The notes: generated from the letters alone by a model not told the origin. DNA of 64,000 nt from Pseudomonadota bacterium (GCA_039028255.1 JBCCIK010000002.1:1183-65182); one strand, 5' to 3'; counted from the stretch's first letter, positions 11,531-22,225 are shown. Numbers and translations: made by a program.

Positions 11531-12241
11531 ATGAAAGATGCGTCGCGGCGCAGAAAGCAGCAGCTTCTGGACCATCTGAAAACATGTGTCATGACCCTGA
11601 GACTGCAACCGGGTGAGGACCTGGACGAAGCGACGCTGTCGCAAGAATTCGAACTGTCCCGCACGCCGCTGCGCGAGGTGTTTCGCCAACTGGCAGGTGA
11701 AGGATATCTTGAACTTCGCGAAAACCGGGGCGCGCGGGTGTCGGGCATGACATATACGACGCTGCGCGATTTCTTTCTGGCCGCGCCGATGATCTATGGC
11801 GCAATCCTTCAACTGGCCGCCCAGAACGCAAAGCCCGATCAGATTGACCGCCTCAGGGCCGCCCAAGACGCATTCAAGACGGCGTTGCGGTCAGGTTCGG
11901 GTGCGGATCGGGCGATGTCCAACACCCTGTTTCACGAGATCACCGGCGACATGGCCGATAACACCTATCTGACGCCGTCCTTCAAACGTTTGCTGATTGA
12001 TCATGCCAGGATCGGCATGACCTTTTATCGGCCGCAGGACGCATCAATGGCCGAGAACCTGTCCGAAGCCAGCCGCCAGCACGACGCCATCATCGCAGCC
12101 ATCGAAGCGGGCGACGATGCGGCGGCTGCGCAACTGGCCATTGATCACTGGAACCTGTCCCGAGACCAGATCGAGCTGTTTGTCACCCCTGCCGGGCTTG
12201 ACCTGCCGCTTGGATCAACATCACGCAAAACCCCAGCATGA
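11531..12241 (+). CDS. GntR family regulator (FCD domain)
   Basis: HTH LQPGEDLDE..LSQEFELSRTPLRE; FCD with N..FH and QHDAIIAAIEAGD. Confidence 0.93.
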   Translation: MKDASRRRKQQLLDHLKTCVMTLRLQPGEDLDEATLSQEFELSRTPLREVFRQLAGEGYLELRENRGARVSGMTYTTLRDFFLAAPMIYGAILQLAAQNAKPDQIDRLRAAQDAFKTALRSGSGADRAMSNTLFHEITGDMADNTYLTPSFKRLLIDHARIGMTFYRPQDASMAENLSEASRQHDAIIAAIEAGDDAAAAQLAIDHWNLSRDQIELFVTPAGLDLPLGSTSRKTPA

Positions 12242-12249
12242 GGAATTAC

Positions 12250-13179
12250 ATGACTCCCCTGTTCAAATTTGAAGGGATCTACACTCCGGTGGTGACCCCT
12301 TATCAGGCCGATGGCAGCGTCAACTGGGATGCCCTTTCGACCGTGATCGACCATTTGATTGATCATGGTGTGCACGGGCTGATCTCTGGCGGATCAACCG
12401 GCGAAAACTATGCCCAGACCGTCGATGAACGGCTGGAGTTGGCGCGATTTACGCATGACAGGTTGCAAGGCCGGCTGCCGCTGGTGGTTGGAACCGGCGC
12501 AATGCTGACGGCGGATTCCATTGCGCTGGCCTCGGGTGCGCGCCAGATCGGTGCGGATGCGATCCTGCTGGCCAGCCCGCCTTACGCTGTTCCAACCGAT
12601 CGGGAAAACGCGCTGAATGCGCTGGCCATCGACAAGGCCGCCGATCTGCCGGTGATGCTGTACAACTATCCTCATCGCACCGGTACGATGATGAACGAGG
12701 AATTCCTGGACCGTGTGGGCCGCAGCCGAAATTTTTGCGGCATCAAGGAAAGCTCGGGCGATATCAACAGGGTGCATCTGCTGGCGCGGGACTATCCGCA
12801 TGTCCAGCTGGGCTGTGGCATGGATGATCAGGCGTTGGAATTCTTTGCCTGGGGCGCGCCGTTCTGGGTCTGCGGCGGGTCGAACTTTCTGCCCGCTGAA
12901 CATGTGGCACTGTACAATGCCTGCGTGGTCGAGGGCGATTTTGTCAAAGGCCGCAGGATCATGTCCGCGATGATGCCGTTGATGCGGGTGCTGGAACAAG
13001 GCGGCAAGTTCATCCAGACCATCAAGCATGGCGTGACCATGAATGGCATTGATGCCGGGGGGATGCGGCCTCCGCTGAAGGGTCTGAACAAGGATGACAA
13101 ACGCGCGCTGGAACAGGTGACCCGCGTGCTGAAGAAAACCATCGCAGATATTGTAGCTGAACAGAACATTGGGGGCTGA
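12250..13179 (+). CDS. Dihydrodipicolinate synthase (DapA/NAL) family protein
   Basis: GIYTPVVTPY, GSTGE, LYNYP, Schiff-base GIKESSGD; alternative start 12238. Confidence 0.9.
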   Translation: MTPLFKFEGIYTPVVTPYQADGSVNWDALSTVIDHLIDHGVHGLISGGSTGENYAQTVDERLELARFTHDRLQGRLPLVVGTGAMLTADSIALASGARQIGADAILLASPPYAVPTDRENALNALAIDKAADLPVMLYNYPHRTGTMMNEEFLDRVGRSRNFCGIKESSGDINRVHLLARDYPHVQLGCGMDDQALEFFAWGAPFWVCGGSNFLPAEHVALYNACVVEGDFVKGRRIMSAMMPLMRVLEQGGKFIQTIKHGVTMNGIDAGGMRPPLKGLNKDDKRALEQVTRVLKKTIADIVAEQNIGG

Positions 13180-13182
13180 GGC

Positions 13183-14679
13183 ATGGAATTGCTGACACAG
13201 GACGAATACAAATCCATTGCCGCAGGTCTGATCCTGCCGACGGGGGCTTTTGTCGATGGCGCGTTCCGCCCGGCGACAGCGGGCGCAACATTTGCAACCG
13301 TAAACCCGGCCACCGGCGACACGTTGGCCGACATTGCTGCCTGCGATGCCGCAGATGTGGACTTTGCGGTTGAAAAAGCGCGCGAGGCGTTTGACGACGG
13401 CCGCTGGAGCAAGATGCATCCATCAGACCGCAAGGACGTTCTGATCCGTCTGTGCAAGTTGATGACCCGCAACGCGCGCGAACTGGCCGTGATGGAAAGC
13501 ATCGACAGCGGCAAGACCATCTACGACTGTGAAACCGTTGATGTGCCCGAGACCATCAACTGTCTAAAATGGCATGCCGAGGCGATCGACAAGATTTACG
13601 ACCAGGTCTCACCCGCCAGTGACGACCACATCGCCATGGTCGTGCGCGAGCCGATTGGCGTTGTGGGTCTGGTGCTGCCGTGGAACTTTCCGCTGCTGAT
13701 GCTGGCGTGGAAAATCGGACCCGCGCTGGCAGCGGGTTGTTCGGTGGTTGTGAAACCGGCGCAGGAAACAACACTGACCGCTTTGCGACTGGCCGAACTG
13801 GCAATGGAGGCGGGGCTTCCGCGCGGTGTTCTGAACATCGTTCCCGGTGGCGGGGCCGAGGTGGGCGAACCGATTGGACGGCACATGGATATCGACATGG
13901 TCTCGTTCACCGGTTCAACCGTCACCGGCAAGCGATTCCTGACCTATTCCGCGGAAAGCAACGCCAAAGAGGTGGTGCTTGAGATGGGCGGTAAGAACCC
14001 GGCCATTGTGATGGATGATGCGGAAAATCTGGATCGCGTGGCCGCGCATGTGGTGAATGGTGCGTTCTGGAACATGGGCGAGAACTGCTCGGCCTCGTCA
14101 CGCCTGATTGTACACAAGGATGTTAAGGCAGAGCTGCTGGAACGCATTGCGCATCACGCCAAACAGTGGAACATCGGTGATCCGCTGGATCCAGAGACCC
14201 GCATGGGCGCGCTGGTCAGCGAAGGTCACTATACCAAGGTCTGTGGATATCTGGATCAGGCCGAGACCGTGATCATGGGCGGCAAGGCGGATCGGGGCTT
14301 TGTCGAAGCCACCGTAATCGAAGTGCCCGGAAACGATGCGGTTCTGGCACGCGAAGAGATATTCGGCCCTGTCCTGTCGGTGATCGAAGTATCCGGTTTC
14401 GACGAGGCAATCAAAATCGCCAATGACACTGAATACGGGCTTTGCGCGTCGATATTCACCGCCAATGCCAAGCGGGCGATCCGGGGCGCACGGGCGATCC
14501 GGGCAGGCACTGTCACCGTGAACAGCTATGGCGAAGGCGACATCACCACTCCGTTCGGCGGCTATAAACAGTCGGGCTTTGGCGGGCGCGATAACTCGAT
14601 TCACGCACATGATCAGTACACGCATCTCAAGACCATTTGGATCGATCTGGCCGATGACGCGGACGAGGCTGTCGATTGA
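13183..14679 (+). CDS. Aldehyde dehydrogenase (PuuC-like)
   Basis: PWNFP, FTGST, LEMGGKNP, GENCSA, EEIFGPV, PFGGYKQSG. Confidence 0.95.
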   Translation: MELLTQDEYKSIAAGLILPTGAFVDGAFRPATAGATFATVNPATGDTLADIAACDAADVDFAVEKAREAFDDGRWSKMHPSDRKDVLIRLCKLMTRNARELAVMESIDSGKTIYDCETVDVPETINCLKWHAEAIDKIYDQVSPASDDHIAMVVREPIGVVGLVLPWNFPLLMLAWKIGPALAAGCSVVVKPAQETTLTALRLAELAMEAGLPRGVLNIVPGGGAEVGEPIGRHMDIDMVSFTGSTVTGKRFLTYSAESNAKEVVLEMGGKNPAIVMDDAENLDRVAAHVVNGAFWNMGENCSASSRLIVHKDVKAELLERIAHHAKQWNIGDPLDPETRMGALVSEGHYTKVCGYLDQAETVIMGGKADRGFVEATVIEVPGNDAVLAREEIFGPVLSVIEVSGFDEAIKIANDTEYGLCASIFTANAKRAIRGARAIRAGTVTVNSYGEGDITTPFGGYKQSGFGGRDNSIHAHDQYTHLKTIWIDLADDADEAVD

Positions 14680-16016
14680 GCGTCTACGCCGCCAAAACCC
14701 TACCGGTCCACAGGGGACCTGCTGCGTGGAGCGCCATTCTTGGCGGTCCACCGCCCGCACGTCAGCTGGATGAAGACCTGACGGCAGATTACGTGGTCAT
14801 CGGTGCGGGGTTTGCCGGCTTGTCGGCGGCGCGGCGGCTGAAACAATTGCAGCCTTGCGCAAAGACAGTTGTGCTTGAGGCGGGCAGGGTCGCCGAAGGC
14901 GCCGCGGGTAGAAACTCGGGCTTTATGATTGACTTGCCGCATGATCTGGCGTCGGACGACTACGCCGGAACCGGCGACGATGGTGCCATGATCGCCCTGA
15001 ACCGGCAGGCGATTGCATTTGCCCGTTCCGCAGTCGATCATTATCAGATCGACCCGAATTATTTCGATGAGGTCGGTAAAATCAATGGTGCGGCAAGCGC
15101 GCGCGGACATGACCATAATGTCAGCTACGCACAACATCTGACAAAGCTGGGCGAGCCCAGCGAAATGCTGGACCCGCAGCAGATGTTCGCGGTGACAGGT
15201 TCACGGCATTATCGCTCGGGGCTGTACACGCCAGGCACGGTGATTTTGCAACCGGCTGGATACATTCGCGGGTTGGCGGGTGGTCTGGTTGGCGAAGATA
15301 TTGCGATTTTCGAAAACTCGGCTGTCACTTCGTTTCGCAAGCAAGGTGGCACGTGGCAGGTTCGAACCGAGCGCGGGACAGTCTGTGCTGCGAAAGTTAT
15401 CCTGACCGTCAACGGGCACTTGGAAAGTTTTGGTATTGAGCGTGATCGACTGATGCAGCTGTTTCTGTTTGCGGCCATGACACCGGACCTTGACGCTGAC
15501 GTCCTGGCGCGTTTGGGCGGGCAATCGCGTTGGGGGGTCACGCCATCGGATCCGATGGGCACCACGATGCGGCGGATCGATACTGCGCAGGGCGGCAATC
15601 GTATCGTCACCCGGACATGTGCGGCACTGCGGCCCGGCATGCGGACATCCGGCCGTGATCTGGCACGTGCATCCAAGATCATTCAGCGCAAGTTCGATCA
15701 GCGCTTTCCGCAACTGTCGGGCATGAAGATGGAACATCACTGGGCCGGTCACCTGTGTCTGAGCCTGAATGGCGTATCCGTCACCCGCGAGATTGAGACC
15801 GGTGTTTTCTCCGGCTGCGTGCAGAACGGGCTGGGCACCGCGCGCGGAACGTTGACCGGTATTGCCGCTGCGGAAAACGCGTGCGGCCATCGCTCGCAGA
15901 TTTCCGACCATTTCAAAGGCGAGCACGCGCCAAAGCGCCTGCCGCCGCAGCCGTTCCGGGAAATCGGGGCAAACGCTTTGCTGCGGTGGAAAGAATGGCG
16001 CGCCCGGGACGAATGA
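14676..16016 (+). CDS. FAD-dependent oxidoreductase (DAO/PuuB-like)
   Basis: VIGAGFAGLSAA, GAAGRNSG, NGLGTARGT; TTGA overlap start. Confidence 0.9.
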   Translation: MSVYAAKTLPVHRGPAAWSAILGGPPPARQLDEDLTADYVVIGAGFAGLSAARRLKQLQPCAKTVVLEAGRVAEGAAGRNSGFMIDLPHDLASDDYAGTGDDGAMIALNRQAIAFARSAVDHYQIDPNYFDEVGKINGAASARGHDHNVSYAQHLTKLGEPSEMLDPQQMFAVTGSRHYRSGLYTPGTVILQPAGYIRGLAGGLVGEDIAIFENSAVTSFRKQGGTWQVRTERGTVCAAKVILTVNGHLESFGIERDRLMQLFLFAAMTPDLDADVLARLGGQSRWGVTPSDPMGTTMRRIDTAQGGNRIVTRTCAALRPGMRTSGRDLARASKIIQRKFDQRFPQLSGMKMEHHWAGHLCLSLNGVSVTREIETGVFSGCVQNGLGTARGTLTGIAAAENACGHRSQISDHFKGEHAPKRLPPQPFREIGANALLRWKEWRARDE

Positions 16017-16071
16017 TCTGCAAACGGCTCAGTGTCGTTCGTTAGACAGACATGTCGTAAATCGGTCAGCG

Positions 16072-16095
16072 ATGGTAGAGTGATCGCTCTACCAT
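16072..16095. promoter_or_regulatory. Putative TetR autoregulatory operator
   Basis: Near-perfect 24-bp palindrome ATGGTAGAG-TGATCG-CTCTACCAT ending 7 nt before the TetR start. Confidence 0.7.
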
Positions 16096-16102
16096 TGCTG
16101 TT

Positions 16103-16654
16103 ATGACTGATACGCAGACCCGGATCGCCGAAAACCTTGATCGTCAATTCTCGGAAATGGGTTTTGCCACCCAAGGTGTCGAAGCGCTGCGCCTGGGGGC
16201 CAACGTCTCGTTGCGAACGCTGTACAAGTATTTCCCAAGCCGAGAGGCGATGGTGATCGGTGCGTTGCGTCATCGCGATGCAGCCTATGCTGATTGGGTC
16301 GGTCAAGGCAGTGGCGATGGGCCGGATCACGTGCTGCATATTCTTGTTCGCCTGTCAGACTGGCTTGGCAGCGTCTCGAACACAGGATGTCTGTTTCGCA
16401 ATGCTCTGGCCGCGTATCCCGAAAGCGATCCGATCCGAGACGCGGTTGAAACGCACAAGGCGCGTGTCCGGGCCATGTTCTGCGCACGTTTGTTGGACGT
16501 GAACTCCAATTGTGATGCCGAGGGTCTTTCTGCATCGCTGTTCATACTGCACGAAGGACTGACCGAAGGCGCGCGCCTGATTGGGGTCAAACCGGCAACA
16601 GACGCCACACTGCACTGTGCCCGCGCGCTGCTGCGCTCGGCCGATATACAGTGA
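16103..16654 (+). CDS. TetR/AcrR family regulator
   Basis: F..MGF...GV...[16 protein letters not shown]; GCLFRNA. Confidence 0.92.
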   Translation: MTDTQTRIAENLDRQFSEMGFATQGVEALRLGANVSLRTLYKYFPSREAMVIGALRHRDAAYADWVGQGSGDGPDHVLHILVRLSDWLGSVSNTGCLFRNALAAYPESDPIRDAVETHKARVRAMFCARLLDVNSNCDAEGLSASLFILHEGLTEGARLIGVKPATDATLHCARALLRSADIQ

Positions 16655-16682
16655 GTCTGGATCAACCAGGGAAGGGACCGAT

Positions 16683-17786
16683 GTGAGGATCAGGGAAATC
16701 CACATTTACGCACATGATCTGCCGGTAAAGAACGGCCCGTACACGATGGCCAATGCAGAAGTCTGGGCGTTGGACTCAACGCTGGTCAAACTGGTGGATG
16801 ACAGCGGCGCGGTGGGTTGGGGTGAAACTTGCCCGGTTGGACCCACATATGCCGAAGCCCATGCCGCTGGCGCGCGCGCGGCACTGATCGAAATGGCGTC
16901 TGGCCTGATCGGGTCCAGCGTTTGGCCAATGGCGTTGCAGCACCAGATGAACGCTCTGTTGAACGGTCACAACTATGCCAAGGCAGCAATTGACATTGCA
17001 GCGCATGATCTGATCGGGAAAAAGCTGGGCGTCAGCGTTGCAAATCTGCTGGGCGGCGCGCTGACGGATCGCGTCCCGTCCTATTATGCAACCGGGGTCG
17101 GCGCCCCGGATGATATCGCCAGGCTTGCACAGGAAAAGATGAAGCAAGGGTATCCACGCCTACAGGTCAAGGTGGGTGGTCGCCCTGTCGAAGTCGATAT
17201 CGAAACCATCCGCAAGGTCTGGGACGTCATACAAGGGTCCGGCATGCGTCTGGCCGTTGACGGCAACCGAGGCTGGACCACGCGGGATGCGTTGCGCGTC
17301 AGCAGCACGTGTCACGCGATACCATTTGTCATGGAACAGCCGTGCAACACCGTGGACGAACTGCGCAAAATCCGGCCTCAGATCAGCCACGGGATTTACA
17401 TGGATGAAAACGGCGTCGATCTGAATATGGTGATCACGGCTGCCGGTACCGGTCTGGTCGACGGCTTTGGTATGAAAGTGACCCGGATTGGCGGATTGCA
17501 GAACATGCGCGCGTTTCGCGACATCTGCGAAGCGCGCAATCTGCCGCACACCTGCGACGACAGTTGGGGTGGCGATGTCATCGCCGCAGCCTGCACGCAG
17601 ATGGCATCGACCGTGCGCCCAACACTTATGGAAGGCGCCTGGCTTGCGGCACCGTACATCGAGGGCAACTACGATCCGGTCAACGGTATCCGGATCGTTG
17701 ACGGGTACATTCAGCGACCCACCGGACCGGGTTTGGGTGTCGTCCCCGACGAAAGCGTCTTTGGCGATCCGGTCGCATCGTTCTGA
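16683..17786 (+). CDS. hpbD: Probable 4-hydroxyproline betaine 2-epimerase / proline betaine racemase (enolase superfamily)
   Basis: [66 protein letters not shown], which closely recall Paracoccus/Pelagibaca HpbD; GTG start with RBS. Confidence 0.8.
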   Translation: MRIREIHIYAHDLPVKNGPYTMANAEVWALDSTLVKLVDDSGAVGWGETCPVGPTYAEAHAAGARAALIEMASGLIGSSVWPMALQHQMNALLNGHNYAKAAIDIAAHDLIGKKLGVSVANLLGGALTDRVPSYYATGVGAPDDIARLAQEKMKQGYPRLQVKVGGRPVEVDIETIRKVWDVIQGSGMRLAVDGNRGWTTRDALRVSSTCHAIPFVMEQPCNTVDELRKIRPQISHGIYMDENGVDLNMVITAAGTGLVDGFGMKVTRIGGLQNMRAFRDICEARNLPHTCDDSWGGDVIAAACTQMASTVRPTLMEGAWLAAPYIEGNYDPVNGIRIVDGYIQRPTGPGLGVVPDESVFGDPVASF

Positions 17787-17995
17787 GAGGGCATCATGAT
17801 GACACCCCTGATGCAGCCCGCGAGCCCGATCACAAGAAACGATGGTTTCGCAACTCACAGATCCTGCGCCACCATCCAAACGCGTTGCGCCATCACGTGC
17901 GAACATCACACCGATGGGGCGCGGGTAGATCACGCAAGCATCCGATGGCCCAGCGACGGGGCGTCAGCGCATTTAACCGCATCACAGGTGCATCT

Positions 17996-19120
17996 ATGAA
18001 AATCAGCAAGATCGAGATGTTCCAGGTGGATCTGCCCTATGCGCATGGCGCGTATGAACTGTCCGGCGGGCGGATCTATACCAGTTTTGACGGAACCGTT
18101 GTCTGCATTACAGCGGACAACGGGATCGAAGGGTGGGGGGAAAGCACCCCCTTTGGTCCAAACTATATCGCGGCCCATGGTTTGGGTGTCCGCGCGGGTA
18201 TTGCCGAGATTGCTCCGCATCTGGTCGGACGGGATCCGCGTCAGGTTGAGCGCATGAACGACGTAATGGACGCGGCGCTGCTGGGTCACAATCATGCCAA
18301 GGCCGCCATCGATGCGGCGTGCTGGGACCTGTTCGGCAAATCCGTCGGGCTGCCGGTTTGTACCTTGCTGGGCGGATGGACGGGTCAGCGCCTTCCGACG
18401 ATCAGCTCGATCTACGCCGGAACGCCCGAAGACATGCGCGCCCGCGTCGCGGCGCACCGCGCCAAAGGGTACCGCGGCCATTCGGTCAAGATCGGGGCGT
18501 CCGAGGACGAAGGCGGTCCGGCATTGGATGCCGAACGCATCGCAGCTTCGCTGGCCGACCGTCAGCCCGGCGAGTATTTTATCGTGGATGCGAACGGGGG
18601 TCTGGTGCCGGAAACCGCGCTGCGGATGCTGCGCGCGCTGCCGTCCGGGCTGGACTTCGTGCTTGAAGCTCCGTGCGCCAGCTGGCGTGAAACAGCGTCA
18701 TTGCGGGCGCGGACCGATATACCGATCATACTCGACGAACTGGCGCAGCAGGACGAAGACGTGGCCTTTGTGGTGGCCAATGACATCGCTGATGGAATCG
18801 GCCTGAAAATCACCAAGGCCGGTGGTTTGACCCACGCACGCCGCCAGCGCGATATCTGCCGCGCCGCAGGGCTGACGATGAGCGTTCAGGACACCACCGG
18901 ATCAACCCTGGCATTTGCAGCTCTTGTCCATATGGGCGCGACGATACCGACCAATCTGCTGCGCTGTGTTCTGGATACGCGCGATATCATCGCGTTTCAG
19001 ATCGGTGCCTTTCATGCGCCGGTTCAGGACGGGGGCGTCATACCTCCGGATGTGCCAGGGCTGGGTGTTACCGTTCATCGCGATCTGCTGGGTCAGCCGG
19101 TCGCTACCTGGGGAAGTTAG
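17996..19120 (+). CDS. Mandelate racemase/muconate lactonizing enzyme family protein (HpbD-related)
   Basis: FQVDLPY, GWGESTPFG, HSVK, DAN, EAPC, DE, LKITKAGG, PGLG. Confidence 0.9.
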   Translation: MKISKIEMFQVDLPYAHGAYELSGGRIYTSFDGTVVCITADNGIEGWGESTPFGPNYIAAHGLGVRAGIAEIAPHLVGRDPRQVERMNDVMDAALLGHNHAKAAIDAACWDLFGKSVGLPVCTLLGGWTGQRLPTISSIYAGTPEDMRARVAAHRAKGYRGHSVKIGASEDEGGPALDAERIAASLADRQPGEYFIVDANGGLVPETALRMLRALPSGLDFVLEAPCASWRETASLRARTDIPIILDELAQQDEDVAFVVANDIADGIGLKITKAGGLTHARRQRDICRAAGLTMSVQDTTGSTLAFAALVHMGATIPTNLLRCVLDTRDIIAFQIGAFHAPVQDGGVIPPDVPGLGVTVHRDLLGQPVATWGS

Positions 19121-19123
19121 GTA

Positions 19124-19855
19124 ATGTTCAAAGACAAATGTGTGCTTGTGACCGGTGCGGCCGGCGGTATCGGTCAGGTCATTGCCAGCAAGCTGAGGGA
19201 AAGGGGCGCTAAAGTTGCGGTAGCTGATCGCACAACGGATGGTATCGATGCCGAGGCGCATCTGCCCGGCGATCTGCTGGAACCGAATTACAGCGATACG
19301 CTGGCAGGCAGGGCGCAGCAGGCACTGGGCGGGCTGGATATTGTCATCAACAACGCCGGTGTTATAACGCGCGGTCCGGTCACAGACACCAGTGATGCAG
19401 ACTGGGCGCTATCGATAGGCGTGAATGTCGAGGCGCCTTTTCGGATCTGCCGCGCGGCCATCCCGCTGATGGCAAAGACGGGTGGCGGCGCCATTGTCAA
19501 CACATCGTCCTGCTGGGGTGGCAAGGCACCCGGCCCCAACCACGCGCTGTACTGCATGACCAAGGCTGCCATCGCGTCGCTGACCGAATGCATGGGCCGG
19601 GACCACGCCCATCAGGGTATCCGCATCAACGCCGTGTGCCCTAACGAGGTGAACACGCCCATGCTGCGCTCTGGTTTTGCAAAGCGCGGGTTCGATCCGG
19701 ACACAGCGGTGGCGGAACTGGGCCGAACCGTTCCAATAGGTCGTATCGCCGAACCGGCGGACATTGCCGATGTTGTTCTTTTTCTGGCATCGGATGCGGC
19801 GCGTTACATGTGCGGCACTCTGGTCGAGGTCAATGGCGGGAAACCGGTGGCATGA
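19124..19855 (+). CDS. SDR family oxidoreductase
   Basis: TGAAGGIG, NNAG, YCMTK. Confidence 0.93.
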   Translation: MFKDKCVLVTGAAGGIGQVIASKLRERGAKVAVADRTTDGIDAEAHLPGDLLEPNYSDTLAGRAQQALGGLDIVINNAGVITRGPVTDTSDADWALSIGVNVEAPFRICRAAIPLMAKTGGGAIVNTSSCWGGKAPGPNHALYCMTKAAIASLTECMGRDHAHQGIRINAVCPNEVNTPMLRSGFAKRGFDPDTAVAELGRTVPIGRIAEPADIADVVLFLASDAARYMCGTLVEVNGGKPVA

Positions 19856-20586
19856 CACGGTTCGAAAACAAGGTTGCACTGGTCACCGGCGGGCGCTCGG
19901 GCATCGGAGCGGCCATTGCGGCGCGGCTGGCGGACGAGGGCGCGCGGGTTTTCACCGCCCAGCGTCACCCGGACCCGCAGCACGAATGGATCATCGCTGA
20001 TTTTACCGATGCTGCTGCGCCCGCCGAAGTTTTGGCAGATGTGATCGCGCGCGCCGGGCAATTGGACGTTCTGATCAACAATGCCGGTATGATGCAAGAG
20101 GCCCGCGTTGAAGACACGGCGCTGGATGAATGGAACAAGACCCTGACCGTCAATCTGACGGCCCCGTTTCTGACGATACAGGCGGCGTTGCCTCATCTGC
20201 GGCAAACACGCGGTACCATTGTCAATACCGGTTCAATCGAGGGGCTGGGCAGCAATCCCGGCCATGCTGCTTATTGCGCGTCCAAGGCCGGCCTGCACGG
20301 GCTGACGCGAGCGGTTGCCGTTGATCACGGGTCGGAAGGCATACGTTGCAACGCTGTAGCGCCGGGTTGGATCGACACAGAGCTGAATCTGGATTTCATT
20401 GCAACGATGCCCGATCCCGATACATTTCGGCAGAATATAGGTAAAATTCATCCGGTCGCCCGAACCGGCAACCCCGAAGAAGTGGCCGCGCTGGTTGCGT
20501 TTCTTGCCGCAGAGGAAAGCAGCTTTGTGACCGGTCAGATCTATACTGTGGACGGCGGGCGCATGGCTCAGCTGAGCCTGCCGTAA
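19852..20586 (+). CDS. SDR family oxidoreductase
   Basis: TGGRSGIG, NNAG, YCASK, VDGG; ATGA overlap. Confidence 0.93.
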   Translation: MTRFENKVALVTGGRSGIGAAIAARLADEGARVFTAQRHPDPQHEWIIADFTDAAAPAEVLADVIARAGQLDVLINNAGMMQEARVEDTALDEWNKTLTVNLTAPFLTIQAALPHLRQTRGTIVNTGSIEGLGSNPGHAAYCASKAGLHGLTRAVAVDHGSEGIRCNAVAPGWIDTELNLDFIATMPDPDTFRQNIGKIHPVARTGNPEEVAALVAFLAAEESSFVTGQIYTVDGGRMAQLSLP

Positions 20587-20624
20587 CACGCAGCCGCGCC
20601 ATCATCTGGGTCCTCAAGTGCCCA

Positions 20625-20657
20625 GACATATCCGCCAGTAGTCCCGGCGGATATGTC
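20625..20657. terminator. Stem-loop between convergent genes
   Basis: GACATATCCGCC-N9-GGCGGATATGTC, perfect 12-bp stem. Confidence 0.65.
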
Positions 20658-20671
20658 CGAAGCGTAAATGC

Positions 20672-22225
20672 TCAGTATGTTTGGTTCAACTCATCCGCTG
20701 CGGGGATTTCCCGTTCACGACGCGCGATGTAGTCGAGAAGCTCTTCGTTTTTGGCGTCGTCCAGTCTGGGCTCTTGATACTCGGCCAATAGCTTTTTGGC
20801 GTATTTCAACGCACGTTCAGTGATTTCAACCTCACCCTCGGCCGCCCATTGTTCGATCGAGTTGTTGTCGAAAAGTTCGGGCATAAAGAACGCGGTTTGA
20901 AAATTGTCCTGCGTGTGCGGATGGCCCAGATAGTGGCCGCCGGGACCTATATCCTGAACAGCCGAAACAGCCTGATCAAAGTCATGCCATTTCGGACCTT
21001 CGGCCATGCGGTAGGCCATGGCACATTGTTCCGCGTCGACAACGAATTTGGCGACCGAGCAATGCATGCCGGCCTCGTTCCAGCCGGCTGAATGCCAGAT
21101 GTAATTCGCCCCGGCATGGATCACTGCACCCAGAGTGGTCGCGGATTCATAACCCGCCTGTGCGTCAAATGTCTTGGCCCCGCCCAGCGTGTTCGACGTG
21201 CGCCATGGCACGTCGTAAAATCGCGCCATCTGGCCGATCATGAAATTCATCAGGCTGATCTCGGGCGTACCTGCCATTGGAGCGCCGGATTTCATCGACA
21301 CGGTGGACAGGTAATGGCCCCAGATCGCAGGGGCGCCTTTGCGGACAACCTGCGTATAAGCCAGCGCCGATAGCGCCTCGGCCGTCAGCTGGGCCACGGT
21401 GGCCGGGACGCTGGCCGGTGTATTGGCGCCGCCCAGCACAAATGGCGAGCACAAAACCGGTTGATTGCGACGGCAGAACGCGCGCATCGCGCCCAGCATG
21501 GTTTCGTCCCAAACCAACGGGCTGTTGCCGTTGCAATTTCCGGTGGTTACCGGGTGGGTGTCGATAAACTCGTCCCCAAACAGGATGGCGCACATATCCA
21601 TCACATCTTCGGCGTTTTTGGGCGAGGTGGTCATGCCCATGAACGTCTTGTCCGAGTATTTCATCGAAGAATACGTAATGCGAAGATGGCGCTGGCTGAT
21701 CGGATGATCGTAAGGTTCGACAATATGGTGGGCCGAACTGTGCATCGCAGGCAGCATATGGCTGAGCTTGTGGAACATCGCCAGATCTTCCAGCAGCGGG
21801 TTGCGGCGCACGTCTTCCAGATCGCGCAGATAGGGCGCACCGGTCATGGGAACAAATATTGAATGCTTGCCGCCAAGCATGACGTTGTTGGCAGGGTTGC
21901 GCGCGTGATAGGTGAACTGCGCGGGAATGGTCGAAATCAGATCACGCACCATGTGACGGTCCAGGTAAACCAGTTCTCCGTCCACCTTGGCACCGGCTTT
22001 TTTCCAGTCTTCCAACGCGATCGGATCGCGAAACTGAACGCCAACATTTTCCAGAATGTTCATGGCGGCGCTGTCGATACGCTCAACCTGGCTGCCATCC
22101 ATCACCTCGCAATTCGGTGTTGCGCGGGTCAGGCCCGGCAACATGTCAAATTTCGGTGCGGTGCGAATTGCCCGGCGGGCAGAGCGCCCGCCTGCGCGGG
22201 AACGGGTGCGGGTTTCGGCGTTCAT
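20672..22225 (-). CDS. Trimethylamine methyltransferase (MttB/MtgB) family, non-pyrrolysine
   Basis: NILENVGV.F, HARNP, NSPL.WD, STVSMKSGAP..GTPE, K.FDAQAGYES, GPGGHYLG..HT; no in-frame amber codon; GGAG RBS before ATG 22225. Confidence 0.92.
   Translation of the reverse strand: MNAETRTRSRAGGRSARRAIRTAPKFDMLPGLTRATPNCEVMDGSQVERIDSAAMNILENVGVQFRDPIALEDWKKAGAKVDGELVYLDRHMVRDLISTIPAQFTYHARNPANNVMLGGKHSIFVPMTGAPYLRDLEDVRRNPLLEDLAMFHKLSHMLPAMHSSAHHIVEPYDHPISQRHLRITYSSMKYSDKTFMGMTTSPKNAEDVMDMCAILFGDEFIDTHPVTTGNCNGNSPLVWDETMLGAMRAFCRRNQPVLCSPFVLGGANTPASVPATVAQLTAEALSALAYTQVVRKGAPAIWGHYLSTVSMKSGAPMAGTPEISLMNFMIGQMARFYDVPWRTSNTLGGAKTFDAQAGYESATTLGAVIHAGANYIWHSAGWNEAGMHCSVAKFVVDAEQCAMAYRMAEGPKWHDFDQAVSAVQDIGPGGHYLGHPHTQDNFQTAFFMPELFDNNSIEQWAAEGEVEITERALKYAKKLLAEYQEPRLDDAKNEELLDYIARREREIPAADELNQTY

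Noticed and set aside
20672-22225. Pyrrolysine recoding in the MttB gene
   Set aside because: ORF is continuous with no in-frame TAG, and no pyl genes are present.
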